Source of the DNA: Antedon mediterranea
Lineage: Eukaryota > Animalia > Echinodermata
DNA: 64,000 bases
Assembly: GCF_964355755.1 (NCBI RefSeq)
Contig: NC_092670.1
Coordinates: forward strand, 15,238,795 to 15,302,794
Reading direction: 5' to 3'
Shown: one piece after another, positions 52,001 through 64,000 of the stretch
How positions within the stretch are numbered: position 1 is the first letter of the stretch
How the letters are laid out: each line of letters starts with the position of its first letter
Position numbers and translations under genes: made by a program
The notes under the pieces: model-generated
Seen by the model: the letters and a program-made list of their open reading frames with translations, nothing else
What the model was told of the DNA's origin: nothing
Database searches by the model: none

Positions 52001-55000
52001 AGAATGATTTTTGTAAATCATGGTATGGCTCAGTAAGTAAATCGCCGTGACCATTGATATCAATGTTTAGTACGTTTGAGTTCGAATCCGCGACATGCTT
52101 AAATCTAAAAATCAAAACTAGACCTCAATCTAATAATCTAATTACAAAACTAGCAAAACGGATATGAAACCTGACACACAAAAAGCAAAATATAATAAGC
52201 CATGAAATTTAAAAAAATGTAAATGAACAGAAAAACATTCTGACAAACAAAATATCACAACGAAAAATACATTTGAAATATAGTTTGGTATTTTATAGGC
52301 CTACTTTCGTTAGTGTCCGCGCGCATCATCTTATGCATTTTTTGTGTTGATTTCAAGACCGTGGCTGTGGTTTTAGAGGCTGTGGTTTTATTATGCCAAC
52401 ATCTCAATTCTATAAATTATCAATTCATATCATTGAAATGTTTTCAACTGCCAACTGATTATCAGAGTTCAACCTGCCTCTCATGTACAACGTTGTTACT
52501 TTATGATGCGCACCCTAGATTAATATTCACACCGCACAATTTTTAGCGACTTCCATTTTCATAAAGTCCCATATCCAGTACTGCTTTCATTTTGTAGCTC
52601 ATAGTTACTTAAAAGTGAAGGAATACTTGGTGTATAACAAAATCCATCGCTTTTTATGAGGGAAGAGTGAATCTTCATAAAGTAATAACCCAAATTTGGA
52701 GTCAAAATGCAAGGCAGGGAACTAGCGCCGCCGGGGCCTAATAGTACGTACGTGGACAACAATGAAAATCGTTCGTACTACCTAGCCTACTAAAACAGGA
52801 ATATTGTATGATTATACCAATTATTATTATATATTATTATTGATTACTTTATTTTATACATAGGCCTGGCACTTTGTCAACACTCCTCATATGGAAGATA
52901 CAGGCAACTCAGATTTTAATATAGCCTACTATAAGCTTTTGTGACGTGACCATATCAATTTTCCTGAAATTCAATAGGCATGTTCTATAAGAATATAATT
53001 TTATTAAACCGACAAATTCAGAATGATAACTTCAAAATTGTAGACGCTATCGTGCTAACAAACAAACAAAGCAAGTACTATTTCACCAAGTAAAAATCAG
53101 CATATTTTTTACCTTGATGATGGTTCCACACTCGTCATAACCAAACTCAATCGTGTAGTACATTGGGTCATTATCCTGAATTCTGCATCTTGTGTCGTGA
53201 AGGTGAAGCTCACTTGCTGGAATGTTATTCACGTACGTTTTAGGAATGCGGACATTTATGTATGATTCTCCGCATTCTACTTCTGGTTCTGGTGGCTTAG
53301 CTATAAAAAATGAGAAATATAACATTGAATAATAAAAGATAGGGGACTAATACATTTTCAGATTTAGGCCTATATTTGGAAATATTATACCTACGTACAA
53401 TATAACAAGATCCTTTGGATTGCATAGTTTGCAAGAAGTAGTTTATACAACCGTTTATACAACTTTTAGTATTAAAGTATTATGTATGTAAATTACAAGT
53501 GAGTGTAGGCCTACTTACCGATTTCAAAGCCATACATCCGTTCATCATTGACAGCCTTGGTACTCAAGCCACATGGAGTTGTCCAGACTCGCTCACTAAA
53601 ACCTGCCTCAACTTTTACAAGATAATCTTTGCCTCCTTCTAGACCAGTAGGTGCAGGGTATTGGACAATCGTTGGATCACTTTTTGGGAACCTTACTACA
53701 TCTTCAACAGCATTATACTTGGTAATTATATTCTTTTTCGAGTCTAAGATTTTGATGTGTGAATTGTTTGTTGGACGTTGAACCTATAAGTAAAATAATA
53801 TATTGGCGTATCTTATTCTGGTCGAGATTTTATAGGCCTACTGGCTTTATTTTCTACCGCCATGCCCGACTTCTCCGCGGTATATTATGGCGTTTCGTGA
53901 TCTCATTACAACGAGTACAACGTAACAACATCAAATGAAATTAATATGTACTTTATTCAAAAGAACGATGGCCTCTTACATGTAGTATTCACTGATCCAT
54001 CAAAACTGAACAATGGGTACCCAGTTTGCTATGCATTGAACCTACGTCATGTCATAGTAAAGAGCGCCGCCGTACCAATACGTCAGATTTAACTGTGATT
54101 ACTGTATACTTACGGGTCCATCAAATGTAATTGTCCAAAGTTCCTCTGTTCCCTCGTACACGGAGTTGGCCACTGGGGTTGATTGGTTTAGTAGAATTAC
54201 AGGTGGAGCTTGTGTATTTTCTAAATTATTGAAACGACCATCGGCTAAACCAACAACAATGTAAAAAACAGCGATAATAAACAATAAACGAGTTTTTGTT
54301 TACATATTTCAGATATCTTCATGGTAAAATGTCAAATACCCGAAAAGACGAAATATATTTTTTTTATACATTCTTATATGCAAAATGGCTTAAGGCTTTA
54401 AAGCACAGATATACCGCAGTTAGAGACGCAGTCAAATATTGTCAAAATACATAATTTTTGCCAAAAAGGTGACGGTGCACTGCCATTTACCGTACAAACA
54501 CAAGATGCTCTACAAAAAGTATTGCATTAGGTATTTGGGAGTGAAATTGAACATGTCGTGAGAATATACCTAATAGCGTTTAAAACCAGTAATCATGAAT
54601 CAATAGAAAAGGATCCAAACCCCCAAGTTACAACTCTACTAAATGAATCAATAAAGAAAACATTGGAACAACCCGCTGATGGAATTCTAAGCAGGGTAGT
54701 ATCATCTGGTCACCTAAGTGAGCGAGTTGGTTGATCAGATTTAATAATTAAGAATACTCAGATAATAAATGATAAAATGATAAACACGTAACATAAAACA
54801 CAAATGATAATGTGAACTTACCTGATACAATCAAACGTCCAGACATAGGATCATTCTGAACACTGCAAATCAATTAAAAGTATTTTTATATAGAATGATT
54901 TAAAATGAAACTACATAATATAGACCAACATTAATTTATTGATTTATTCACTGCAAAAGTTTTAAAAAATGCGCATGCGTTGTGACGTTTTTATTCCACT

Positions 55001-58000
55001 TACCCATTATCATCAGTAGCTGTGAAACTGAAAACATAGGTACCTTCTTTTTTAGGTTTGAAGGAAAGTTTGACTTTGACAACCTCCTGGTCTGGTTTTG
55101 AACCGCTGACGTATGTCATTTCCATTCCACTTGGATAACTGCCTTGGATTTCAGTTATACTGAAATTAAATTAAGATCAACATTATTGAGGCATATGCAA
55201 ATTTCAGAGTTATTCCAAGACCACGATGTCCAAATGGAGTGGACAAACTTGCACAGACAATAAACCCATTGGGAATTACTACTTAAAACAACAGACCCTT
55301 TGGACCTAACATTAGGTCCTTTGGACCTAACTCCTAGATCAGTAAAAGTCTTCCATTGAATACCTAAATTTAAGTTTCAATATATTAACCTCTATTTGAC
55401 CTGTTTTTTTTATTTCTTCATTCCTAAAATGTTTATATCTACCAAGATATCTTATACTCTCTATATTGTCAAAGTACTCTCATGACAATTTACAACCCCA
55501 CTCGCAGAGAGTTGTAATAAGACTTTGTTTATGAAGAGCATATTGTATTATGTTTGACTTGTGAATGAGATTGCCATCTTTAAGAAGGATAGTGAATGAA
55601 TTTTCTTATGGTTATCTTGCAATTTGCTTAAATATATAAAAACAAAACAAAACTTGTTGCCCGAAATCTCTACTAATCTTTCTGGCTATTTCACTTTATC
55701 GTTTTGACAAACATTTACATACGTTGATGCATCAGAGCCATTTTGTATTGAAGCAGTAACGAAACTGTTCCAAGTTTTTCCAGGAGCAATTATGCTACAA
55801 TTTTCTAGATCAATCCTTGGTCCTACACATGATCCGGCTGGTGAAGAAATGTAATTTTATAATAATACATTTTTATATAATAAATTAAAATAATAAGCCT
55901 ACATTGATTATGAACGCATTGACCAATCACAATTTAGATGATTTCTATGACGTCATGATTGGTCAAATTAGTTGCGACGCACTTAGGTCCTTGTGTTTCG
56001 TCCAACAATGGGACACTACTGTAGCTTTTCTATTCCATAATATTTTAGAGACTTTTCAATTGTAGACACCACTGACATTATTTTTGCATGAGCTCTTTAA
56101 AAAAATTCAAATTCAGAGACAGTGTTTGAGATTTTCCCTCGGATGACACTACCATCAGTTTAGGAGTGTATAGTCAGTGAAACCGTAACCCAACTAGATT
56201 TAAACTTACGTGCAGTTACGTCAAGAAGAAATTGGAATGGAACTGTGCTCTTAGCTTTCCTGTAAGTTTTATCTGGAAAATCTTCGATCATTACAGAAGC
56301 GCCATACCACCCTTGTAAATCATCTTCTCCGGTAATAAACTTGATCTTGCAATCTTTCTAAAATAAGTAAACAATTTAATTTAAAAGTCATGTTTACATT
56401 CTATACTGATAACTTACTGCTAAACGCTTTTGATTGGTTTAACTTTTCCATAACTTTTCGAACGCAACAATCTCGAAAACCATACATACCTGATAAAGTT
56501 TTGTCAATGATGTTGCTTGTCCACATACACGGCGAACATCGCTACTATCTCGACCCTCTGGACATTCGTCGTTACTTGCCCATCGACATTTTGTCGGGTC
56601 TCCGTTTATATCAATGGCTGAAAGATTAAGATGATGAAATTAGTGTGTTGAAATATTAAGCATAACCGTTATCTTGTTCTAAAGGACACGTTTATCTTCA
56701 AACGAGAGGACAAATTGTTCCTTTTTTTTTGTAAGTTATATCATTGTTTCTACTAGAGGCAATACTACTATAACTTACGGTTAAGGTCGATAAGTCTCTT
56801 GCAACCATGTCTGACTCTATACACTGGTAAACCGGCTGTAACTCTTGGAGAGTCGTTTTTTATTGAAGTGTCAACTTTAGTTAAAAGTGACCAACACTTT
56901 CCAGCACCGTAATTTTCAAGCTTAATCCAGCTACTGTCGGAACACATGCCAGTTGTCTTAAATCTATAAAAAAACAAAAAACAAAAGTATATTTAATTAT
57001 TTTACATCAAAGTCAATACTATATTATTATAATAATATCAAAATGTTTAGAAAGTCTTCTCAACGTACTTAATGTATATACAGTAGGACAAACATCTGAT
57101 CAATTGCTCAACTCCTTATAGAAAAGATAATGCATAGTATGTAATTGCAATCGTCAATGTCAACATGAATATTATTAACAATGAACTTTCTATTTCCAAC
57201 AAGATTGGATAGATGTAAACTAAAAGATCAAGTCAAGTTAATAAAAAAAGTACTTACGCCATAATGAATTCTTTACGGTCTGCCGTATAATCTACGTATC
57301 CATCTAGAAGACTCCATCCCATTTCTTGTGAAATTGAAGTACATTTAAGTTTTAGTGGGGTTAGGATGGTCTGGTTGGTACCACAATCAATACATGTTAA
57401 AGCAAGAAGTTTTTCGGCAATCAGGTTTTCTCCTACTTTGTTGCAATAGTATTCTGGGTAAGAGTCAATCAACTGGAAAGATAGACGCCAGAAAACACGT
57501 ACCTATTGAAAACAAATTCACAACATGTCAGGAATTATTAGAGCAAACAAAAATAATAATTTTAGACGCAACGACATAGGCGTATCACAAGTAATTTGAC
57601 CAATCACAATGTGATGGAGCATCCGAATTGTCGATTGTGATTGGTTAAATAACATGTGTTTATACTATATTAACATTTATAAAACATAAGAACATGAATA
57701 TTTAACGCCAACAGAAGTAACATCGAACTAAGATTATAAATAATAACGATATCGATTGTTCAAATCATACATACTGTTAACTTTTATATCGATTCTTGTT
57801 TTATTCATTCATCAATGGCCCGAATACAATAATAGATAATAATACGAATAGTTTTTACATTTTTTTTATCTTTTGTGGTTCACCACTTAATTTCTAAACA
57901 TTTTAAGTAGTATAACAGCAAAATATTTAGTTCTCGTTTTACGCGAAAAGGCAAATCTTACCAGGTCACAATTATTAATGGGCAATGGATATACAATGAA

Positions 58001-58157
58001 ACGAACTACACAAATTAGGCCTGTTATTGAGTTTGAAAGAAAATCAAGGTACCTTTGCTTTTCCGAGTCTTTCATAGTAAAACGTACCACCACGGTAGTG
58101 AGTAGCGCACACCTCAGCTACCATCAACGCCATCGAAAAGAGAACCAAACTTCTCAT
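49088..58157 (-). CDS. Paralog D: secreted ZP-domain protein, 14 coding exons, ~786 aa
   Basis: Exons 58053-58157, 57258-57502, 56779-56963, 56490-56617, 56210-56357, 55723-55837, 55004-55159, 54822-54862, 54114-54244, 53519-53783, 53113-53300, 50897-51300, 49466-49565, 49088-49237; frame intact; own promoter block upstream. Confidence 0.9.
49603..50553 (-). mobile_element. Rex1/Babar-like truncated LINE (duplicate of 20295-21245)
   Basis: ORF 49757-50512 is identical in the track to 20449-21204. Confidence 0.88.
51660..52650 (+). mobile_element. Helitron-family fragment (duplicate of 22350-23340)
   Basis: Near-identical to the paralog C intron insert. Confidence 0.65.
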
Positions 58158-58700
58158 GATTACCTGTCAAAAGAAACCAATAAACTCGTGTTATGCTTAC
58201 CAAGAATGAACCAGGAGAATGCGATGAATTCTACCTTAAATCCGAGACTTCAATTCAATTGAATTAATGTCTCATCCTAATAGTTATTAGTACAGTCAGT
58301 CCGAATTGGAAATTCTGATGTTATGTATGCAACATTCAAATACTCGATTTGATCAGGGAAGAGTGAAATTACAATTTTAAGAATTGACATTTAATTTCAA
58401 TCTTCCCTGATTTGATTGATTTGCACTGAATATAATACAATACACAGTAAAAATGTAATTAACATTTAAAAGTACTTAAAATTATTTTCATTTCATAATA
58501 TAATTATTATACGGTACATTACTACTATTTCTTTTTTATTGAATCTACTTTATGTAAAACATCTTATTATATAAAAGTCATAGAAATGCAAAGATAGTCC
58601 ATGAAAGTCAATAGTTAAAAGGGACTGAGGTCCTTTTGAAAATATAACAGAATTAAAACAGAAGACAAACAAAACCATAGAAATTGAAGGAACAACTTAC

Positions 58701-58830
58701 TGATTTGTTGAAACCGTTACCTCCTGTACCTCACAAACTCTGCAACTGCTGTAGGTGAAATACATATGTTCTTTATATACAATTTATACATTGGTCCATA
58801 GGTCATTTAATTCGGTCACGTAATTGAACA
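58701..58830 (-). promoter_or_regulatory. Non-coding first exon and core promoter of paralog D
   Basis: Donor GTAAGT at 58695-58700; TATATAAA on minus at ~58772-58779; CCAAT at ~58790; homologous to 14367-14495. Confidence 0.7.
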
Positions 58831-59788
58831 AGTAATTAAAAGTACAATCAATTTATCAATTATGTTCTGCTTCATATACTTAGGAGGCCTAAATCGATTT
58901 TACAGAACAATAGTTATTAAATAAAATATTGAAATTAACTTATTATTAACTAAAATTCAAATTACTTTGGAGGTTAACACATATGGAATAATTATTATTT
59001 GAGGTCACATAATAAAAAAACTCTTTACAATAACAACTGAATTCCTAGAAAGTAGACTCACAATGGTCTCCTTTCGAAAGATACTATAATAAACTGCGGT
59101 AATCTGCAGTTTCTTTTGTCCTACATTAGCCTTTCTCCCTCTGTAGGCGTACACTATAAATTGACAAAATACAAAGCCCTTCTTCTGCAAGTCAGTTGTC
59201 TGCCAGAATTGGTAATACTTTAGCTTCTCATTCTTGAAGTCAATGGTTCGGCTTGTATTTTTAACTTAACGAATCAATTATGGTAAGGTTCCATGAGATT
59301 TTACGTCGTTGATTGTTTTCTTCTGTTCCATACATTATTGTCACAAACACACTGGTACCAAAGATCAAGATACTTCGAAAAAAAAAAACGCGTTTTGAAA
59401 AACATTTTTCGTTGAAAGGATATTAAAAAGGAATTGCGTTGATTTTTACGTTTTGAATTGATTTTTACGATTTGCGGCTTTACACGTTTCGAAGAATATT
59501 TCGTTATAAAAATATTTACGTATTGCGTTGATTTTATGATTTGCGGCTATACACGCGTATGGAAAGGATGTTTTTATGTTATTCGAAATCATTTTACTCG
59601 TAAATTATTTACTATTTTCGTTCATAATAATTGTTTACCATTTTCGTTTTGGTTGATATGAATTACTTTTAAAACAAAGAAAATTCTTTAAAACATATAT
59701 GTGCTATCATTTACTGTATTTTTTTTTATAATACGACAAATATTAAGAGTACAGTCATCTAATTATAGTATCGTCGTTTATTGAATTC

Positions 59789-62700
59789 CTACAGAATTTT
59801 AAAAGTCATAAACGTATCGCTTTCTTCTTCAATTATAGCGCCTCTTCGACGTCTGGAGGAACAGTTGCCACTTTTCAGGTCAGCGCAACGTGAATTACTT
59901 GCGGGTTTACATGACACAATCTTACACTTCATAAACACCTATAATTATAAGACACACTTGATAATGGTGCTATAAACTCAATAGTTACATCGTTATTTGT
60001 CTCCAAAATATATTTAATATTCTCGAAAAATATACTTGTTTAAATAAAAAAAATTAAACACATACCTCGTTTGTCAGGTCATAATGCATGAAACCAAAAG
60101 ACTTAATAGAGAAGCGATGATCCAAACCAGACGAACTAAGACTGACGGCGGATGGACCAACACCACACCTAAATATGAAGTTCAGATTTACCTTTGCAAC
60201 ATTTAGCATTGTTTATCCTTAATTAACCATTCTTTTTTAATATTAATCTGCACATCTTTTATGTACTTTGCAACTCACTTCATAACAAAAAAAAGCAAAA
60301 ATATTTTCTTATTTTTCTATCATTTCAACCTCATTATACGCTTTAGCGTCTCTCATTTTGTTAGTCAAACCGGCCAAGGTTGAAAAATAATTTTACTCCT
60401 TATCTCAAATTTCAGCTTTAAGATTAACTTAACACAATAACATAATTTATGGGATGAAATATGTGAAAGAATATTTTGTGTAAAATCAAATTTCTGCACT
60501 AACCCATTTTTAATAATGGTGTACACTGTGTTATTGTGTGTGCACGTTCCAAACTTAGGCATTGCTCTACAACTTTCAATGGCAACCTCTTTAGAAGAGG
60601 TGCTATGAGCAGCGAAGTACAACTTCTCTTTGAGTTCAACTGATGCAGTTCCAGTGATGTCTCTGTTGTAACTTGAGTCTTCATACATCTTACGATAAGT
60701 CTTAAACTTTCCATTGGCTTTGTATATGTCAGGTTTAACGTCTGCAGCCGTTTTGAAGAATACGTCATTACCACCGAGTCCTCTCATTTCACAAATGATT
60801 TGTATTTCAACATTATGCTTTGCTCGAGTTATTGGAACATCTGGCAAGATTGGCTTAGGATCGTCTCGAATCGTGTTGTAGAATGTAGTCTTTGATTGTG
60901 ATAAATGCTAGAAAAATAGAAATAGAAACTGGACATATCCACGCAATTGAAAACAGGTTAACGAATAGATAATAAAGAAAACTCTATAATACTATAATAA
61001 TTAAAACCTTAATGATAGTTCCGCACTCATCATAACCAAACTCAATCTGGTAGTACATTGGGTGATTGTCCTGGATTCTGCATCTTGTGTCGTGAAGGTG
61101 AAGCTCACTTGCTGGAATGTTATTCACGTACGTTTTAGGGATGCGGACTTTTATGTATGATTCTCCGCATTCTACTTCTGGTCTCTTAGCTACAGGGAGC
61201 GAGAAAACAATTATACAACACAATACAAAACTTTGATTCTTTTTTACATACTTTTTTTTTTAAGGAGTGTCGTAGAAATAGTAGTAGGATAATTTTGAGT
61301 AATTTTAAATATTTTTTCTCTCTCTTTCTTTCTCTTTATTAATTACATAAAATGCAATAAAAAATAATCTATGCTTTAGTTACCGAAAATAATTATCAGT
61401 GCCTTTATTCATGTCCAATTTGTGTAAGATTTCAGTGTAAAAGCTGTAGTACATCGTATATTCTCCTTTGTAATATGTGTTTTATTCTTTGATCGATAGG
61501 AAAAAAAAGATTGAATTATTGAAATATTGAAATGCGTAGACCTACTAGTACTTACATGTTTGAAAGTTATACATGCCGCCTTCACCAACAGCAATGTGGT
61601 TACGACCACATGGAGTGCCAAAGACTCGGACAACAAATCCTAGATCAACATCCACCCGATATACTCTGTCACCTAGTACTGCAGTCGGTGCAGGGTATTT
61701 AACAATCGTTGGATCACTGTCTGAAAATCTTACAACATTCATATCAAGAGCATTATACTTGGCTATTACTTTGGTAGTGTTCATGTCTTGAATCTTGATG
61801 AATGCCTTCCATCTTGTTGGACGTGTGACCTTTAGTATAAAAATATTGGTTCAAAGTTTCTAACCAAATACCTTGTTTAAAATAAATCAATCCTCTTTCA
61901 ATAAATATTTACAATTAAACCTCCTAAACCCATGAAACCACTTTGGCATAATGTAATTAAGACTGACTACACCAATGTGTAATACCATGGACGTGTGGCA
62001 TGCAAGAGTCTTCTAAGCAACAGAAGGCCTACTTACGGGTGAATCAAATTTGATTGTCCAAAATTCTTCTCTTCCCTCGTACAAAAAGTTGCAAGACGGG
62101 TTCGAAAATTCTGGCAAAAGAACAGGCGGATCTACATTGACATTCATAGGAAAACCGTAAGCTACACCAGTAACAAGAAAAAACAAACCCGTTATAATAA
62201 CACAAAGAAGCATATTTTATGCTCTAAGCATTTTTAAATATTACATTAGCAAATTTAAATGTCGTCCTATTTAATGATTTTTAAAACGTACCAGATACAA
62301 TCAAATATCCAGCCTTTGGATAACTTTGAGCACTGTAAGAGAATTGGGAAGAAAGAATGTATAGTATCCCTGGTTAACCAGGAAAGAGTGTATTTTCACT
62401 CTATAACTGGCACACGAGTATATCATACTTAATATTGTTCATACTGTATTATGTCGTTTGGAAATTATGATGAACCTCATAGGCATACTCACCCATTATT
62501 ATCTGTAGCCGTAAAGTTGAATATATAGGTGCCTTCTTCATTAGGTCTAAAAGACAGTTTTGCTTTGACGACTTTCTTGCCCGGTTCTGAATCTTTAACG
62601 TATGACATTATCATTCCATATGGAAGACTTCCTTGGATTTCAGTTACACTAAAAGAAACTGTTACGATAAAATACTACGACAAAGGCACAGTATTTGTTT

Positions 62701-64000
62701 TCAAACATTTCATACCACAATTTTCACGCTGCTGCTCTTGCCCGCTACGTCCCGTTAGGACTACTCAATCAGAAGCTAAAGCAAGCAACAGTTATAGTTC
62801 TAATGACGACAGTTTTGCGAAAATGGAAACTCCACTATGATTTATTGATTCCAGCTGCTACAGTAGACCCAAAAAAGTCTGGGAAAAGAGTCTATTGGGA
62901 CATTTCATGCTAAAATTACAAATCCCAAAGCATTTCTGGTATATTCACTGTCAGATATTCATTGAATTATTATCGAAACAGTCCATTAAAGTTTGTGTTT
63001 GTAATAGGATACTTCACACTTGAAATATCTAGGGTGATGAAGTGACCCCCAGACTTGACCTTAGCAATAAAATTAACTAAAGTGACAGAAATTGAGTATT
63101 CACTTCTGTAAAAAAAATTTTAATTTACATATAAAAAGAGAAAAGAAACCCCAAAACCATTGTCTGACAGACAATTTAAGTATTTGTTGCTTTAAATTAC
63201 ATTTTTTCAGGTAAAATAACTATTATGTGACAATAAAATGACACATTCAAAAATTAAAAAATATTTTTCAATAAGCGAGCAGCGTTTTTTGTAAGAAATA
63301 TTTCTTGTTTAGTTTGTTACTATCTTTCTCTAGTAAGATAAACTCTGTCGCAAAAAAGGAGGGAACTGTTTTTGTCAGTCTGAGATAGATAAAAATATTC
63401 CAGAAACAAGTTTCTCAACATGTTTGCAGAAAGAGGGTCACAATCTCATTAAATAATACAATTTGTCTTTATCAATATCTACTGAGACAAAAAAATATAT
63501 ACTTTTGTGCACCTGATCCCTTTTGTATTGAAGCATCTGAATCCTTCGGTATTAAAGCAGTGACTACACTGTTCCAAGTTTCTCCAGGAGCAATAACACT
63601 GCACTCCTCTAAATCAATTCTTGGTTTTACAACTGCAGTAGTGAAAAATACCATTTGAGTCTAGGGATGATGAGCCCTTGATAAATATTTATATCTTTCA
63701 AAATGTGTTATCTTCACAAAACATAATTTTACATGACGATGTTTTTTGTATTGTTTGAGACCACAAAATAATAATAATAATAATAGTTTTCTCTAATACT
63801 TACGAATACTGAAAACATATCTGAAAGCAGAGGAGCTGTGTAAGACTTTGCACAACATACACGCATTTAAAGTAACTGAAAAACCTTTATCTAAAGATAC
63901 CAAATATGTTCCAGCTTCCAAGTTTTTTAACGCTTTATACCGAGCTATCGTAGGATCGCCTGCAGGAAATTCTACCTCATCTGGATTTGCAGCATCATAT
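59789..64000 (-). CDS. Paralog E (divergent), 3' part only; carries an extra Ig-like module exon
   Basis: Exons 63804->64000, 63503-63632, 62493-62648, 62292-62332, 62037-62161, 61556-61829, 61008-61189, 60504-60907, 60066-60168, 59789-59938; phases match B; ends CSSRRRRGAIIEEESDTFMTFKIL*. Confidence 0.87.
62720..63117 (+). mobile_element. ~390-bp polyA-tailed retrocopy/SINE-like element, copy 2, in an intron of paralog E
   Basis: TTTTCACGCTGCTGCTC...GCAATAAAATT...CACTTCTGT-A8; possible AATTTT target duplication. Confidence 0.75.

Larger units (their letters stand above)
45288..57400 (+). repeat. Segmental duplication unit 2 (copy of 15973-28090)
   Basis: Colinear; contains the same fold-back, HINE, SINE, LINE and Helitron inserts. 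Confidence 0.95.

Noticed and set aside
59380-59640. Degenerate TTGATTTT..GATTTGCGGCT repeats
   Set aside because: Looks like an eroded MITE interior; no supportable boundaries.
1-64000. Prokaryotic RT-based system (retron, DGR, group II intron, CRISPR-RT)
   Set aside because: All RTs are eukaryotic LINE or Penelope types, genes are spliced, and there is no repeat-spacer array or adenine-specific TR/VR pair; the hypervariable patch differences are not restricted to adenines.

Overview
AT-rich eukaryotic (metazoan; marine invertebrate is only an inference) genomic DNA with GT-AG introns and no prokaryotic operon structure. The window is a minus-strand tandem array of at least five paralogous multi-exon genes. 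They encode secreted proteins of about 785 aa: signal peptide, a Cys-rich 'THYRGGTF..WRL.F..CRWA..EC..IEDF..VPFQF' N-terminal domain, a beta-sandwich/Ig-like module, a complete zona pellucida (ZP-N + ZP-C) module and an RRRR furin site, with no transmembrane anchor. Three copies (B, C, D) can be spliced by hand into intact frames. A and E run off the window edges, and an orphan last-exon relic lies at about 15.5 kb. The paralogs show a hypervariable N-terminal patch, homogenised ZP-N exons, an intron presence/absence difference and, in E, a duplicated internal module. C and D sit in a recent ~12 kb duplication. Intergenic and intronic space holds LINEs (one near full length, one with a 2A-like motif), a Penelope-like element with a hammerhead ribozyme core, Helitrons/Helentron-type elements, MITEs, a Kolobok-like insert and a dispersed polyA retrocopy. 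All identities and domain names are by eye, with no database search.
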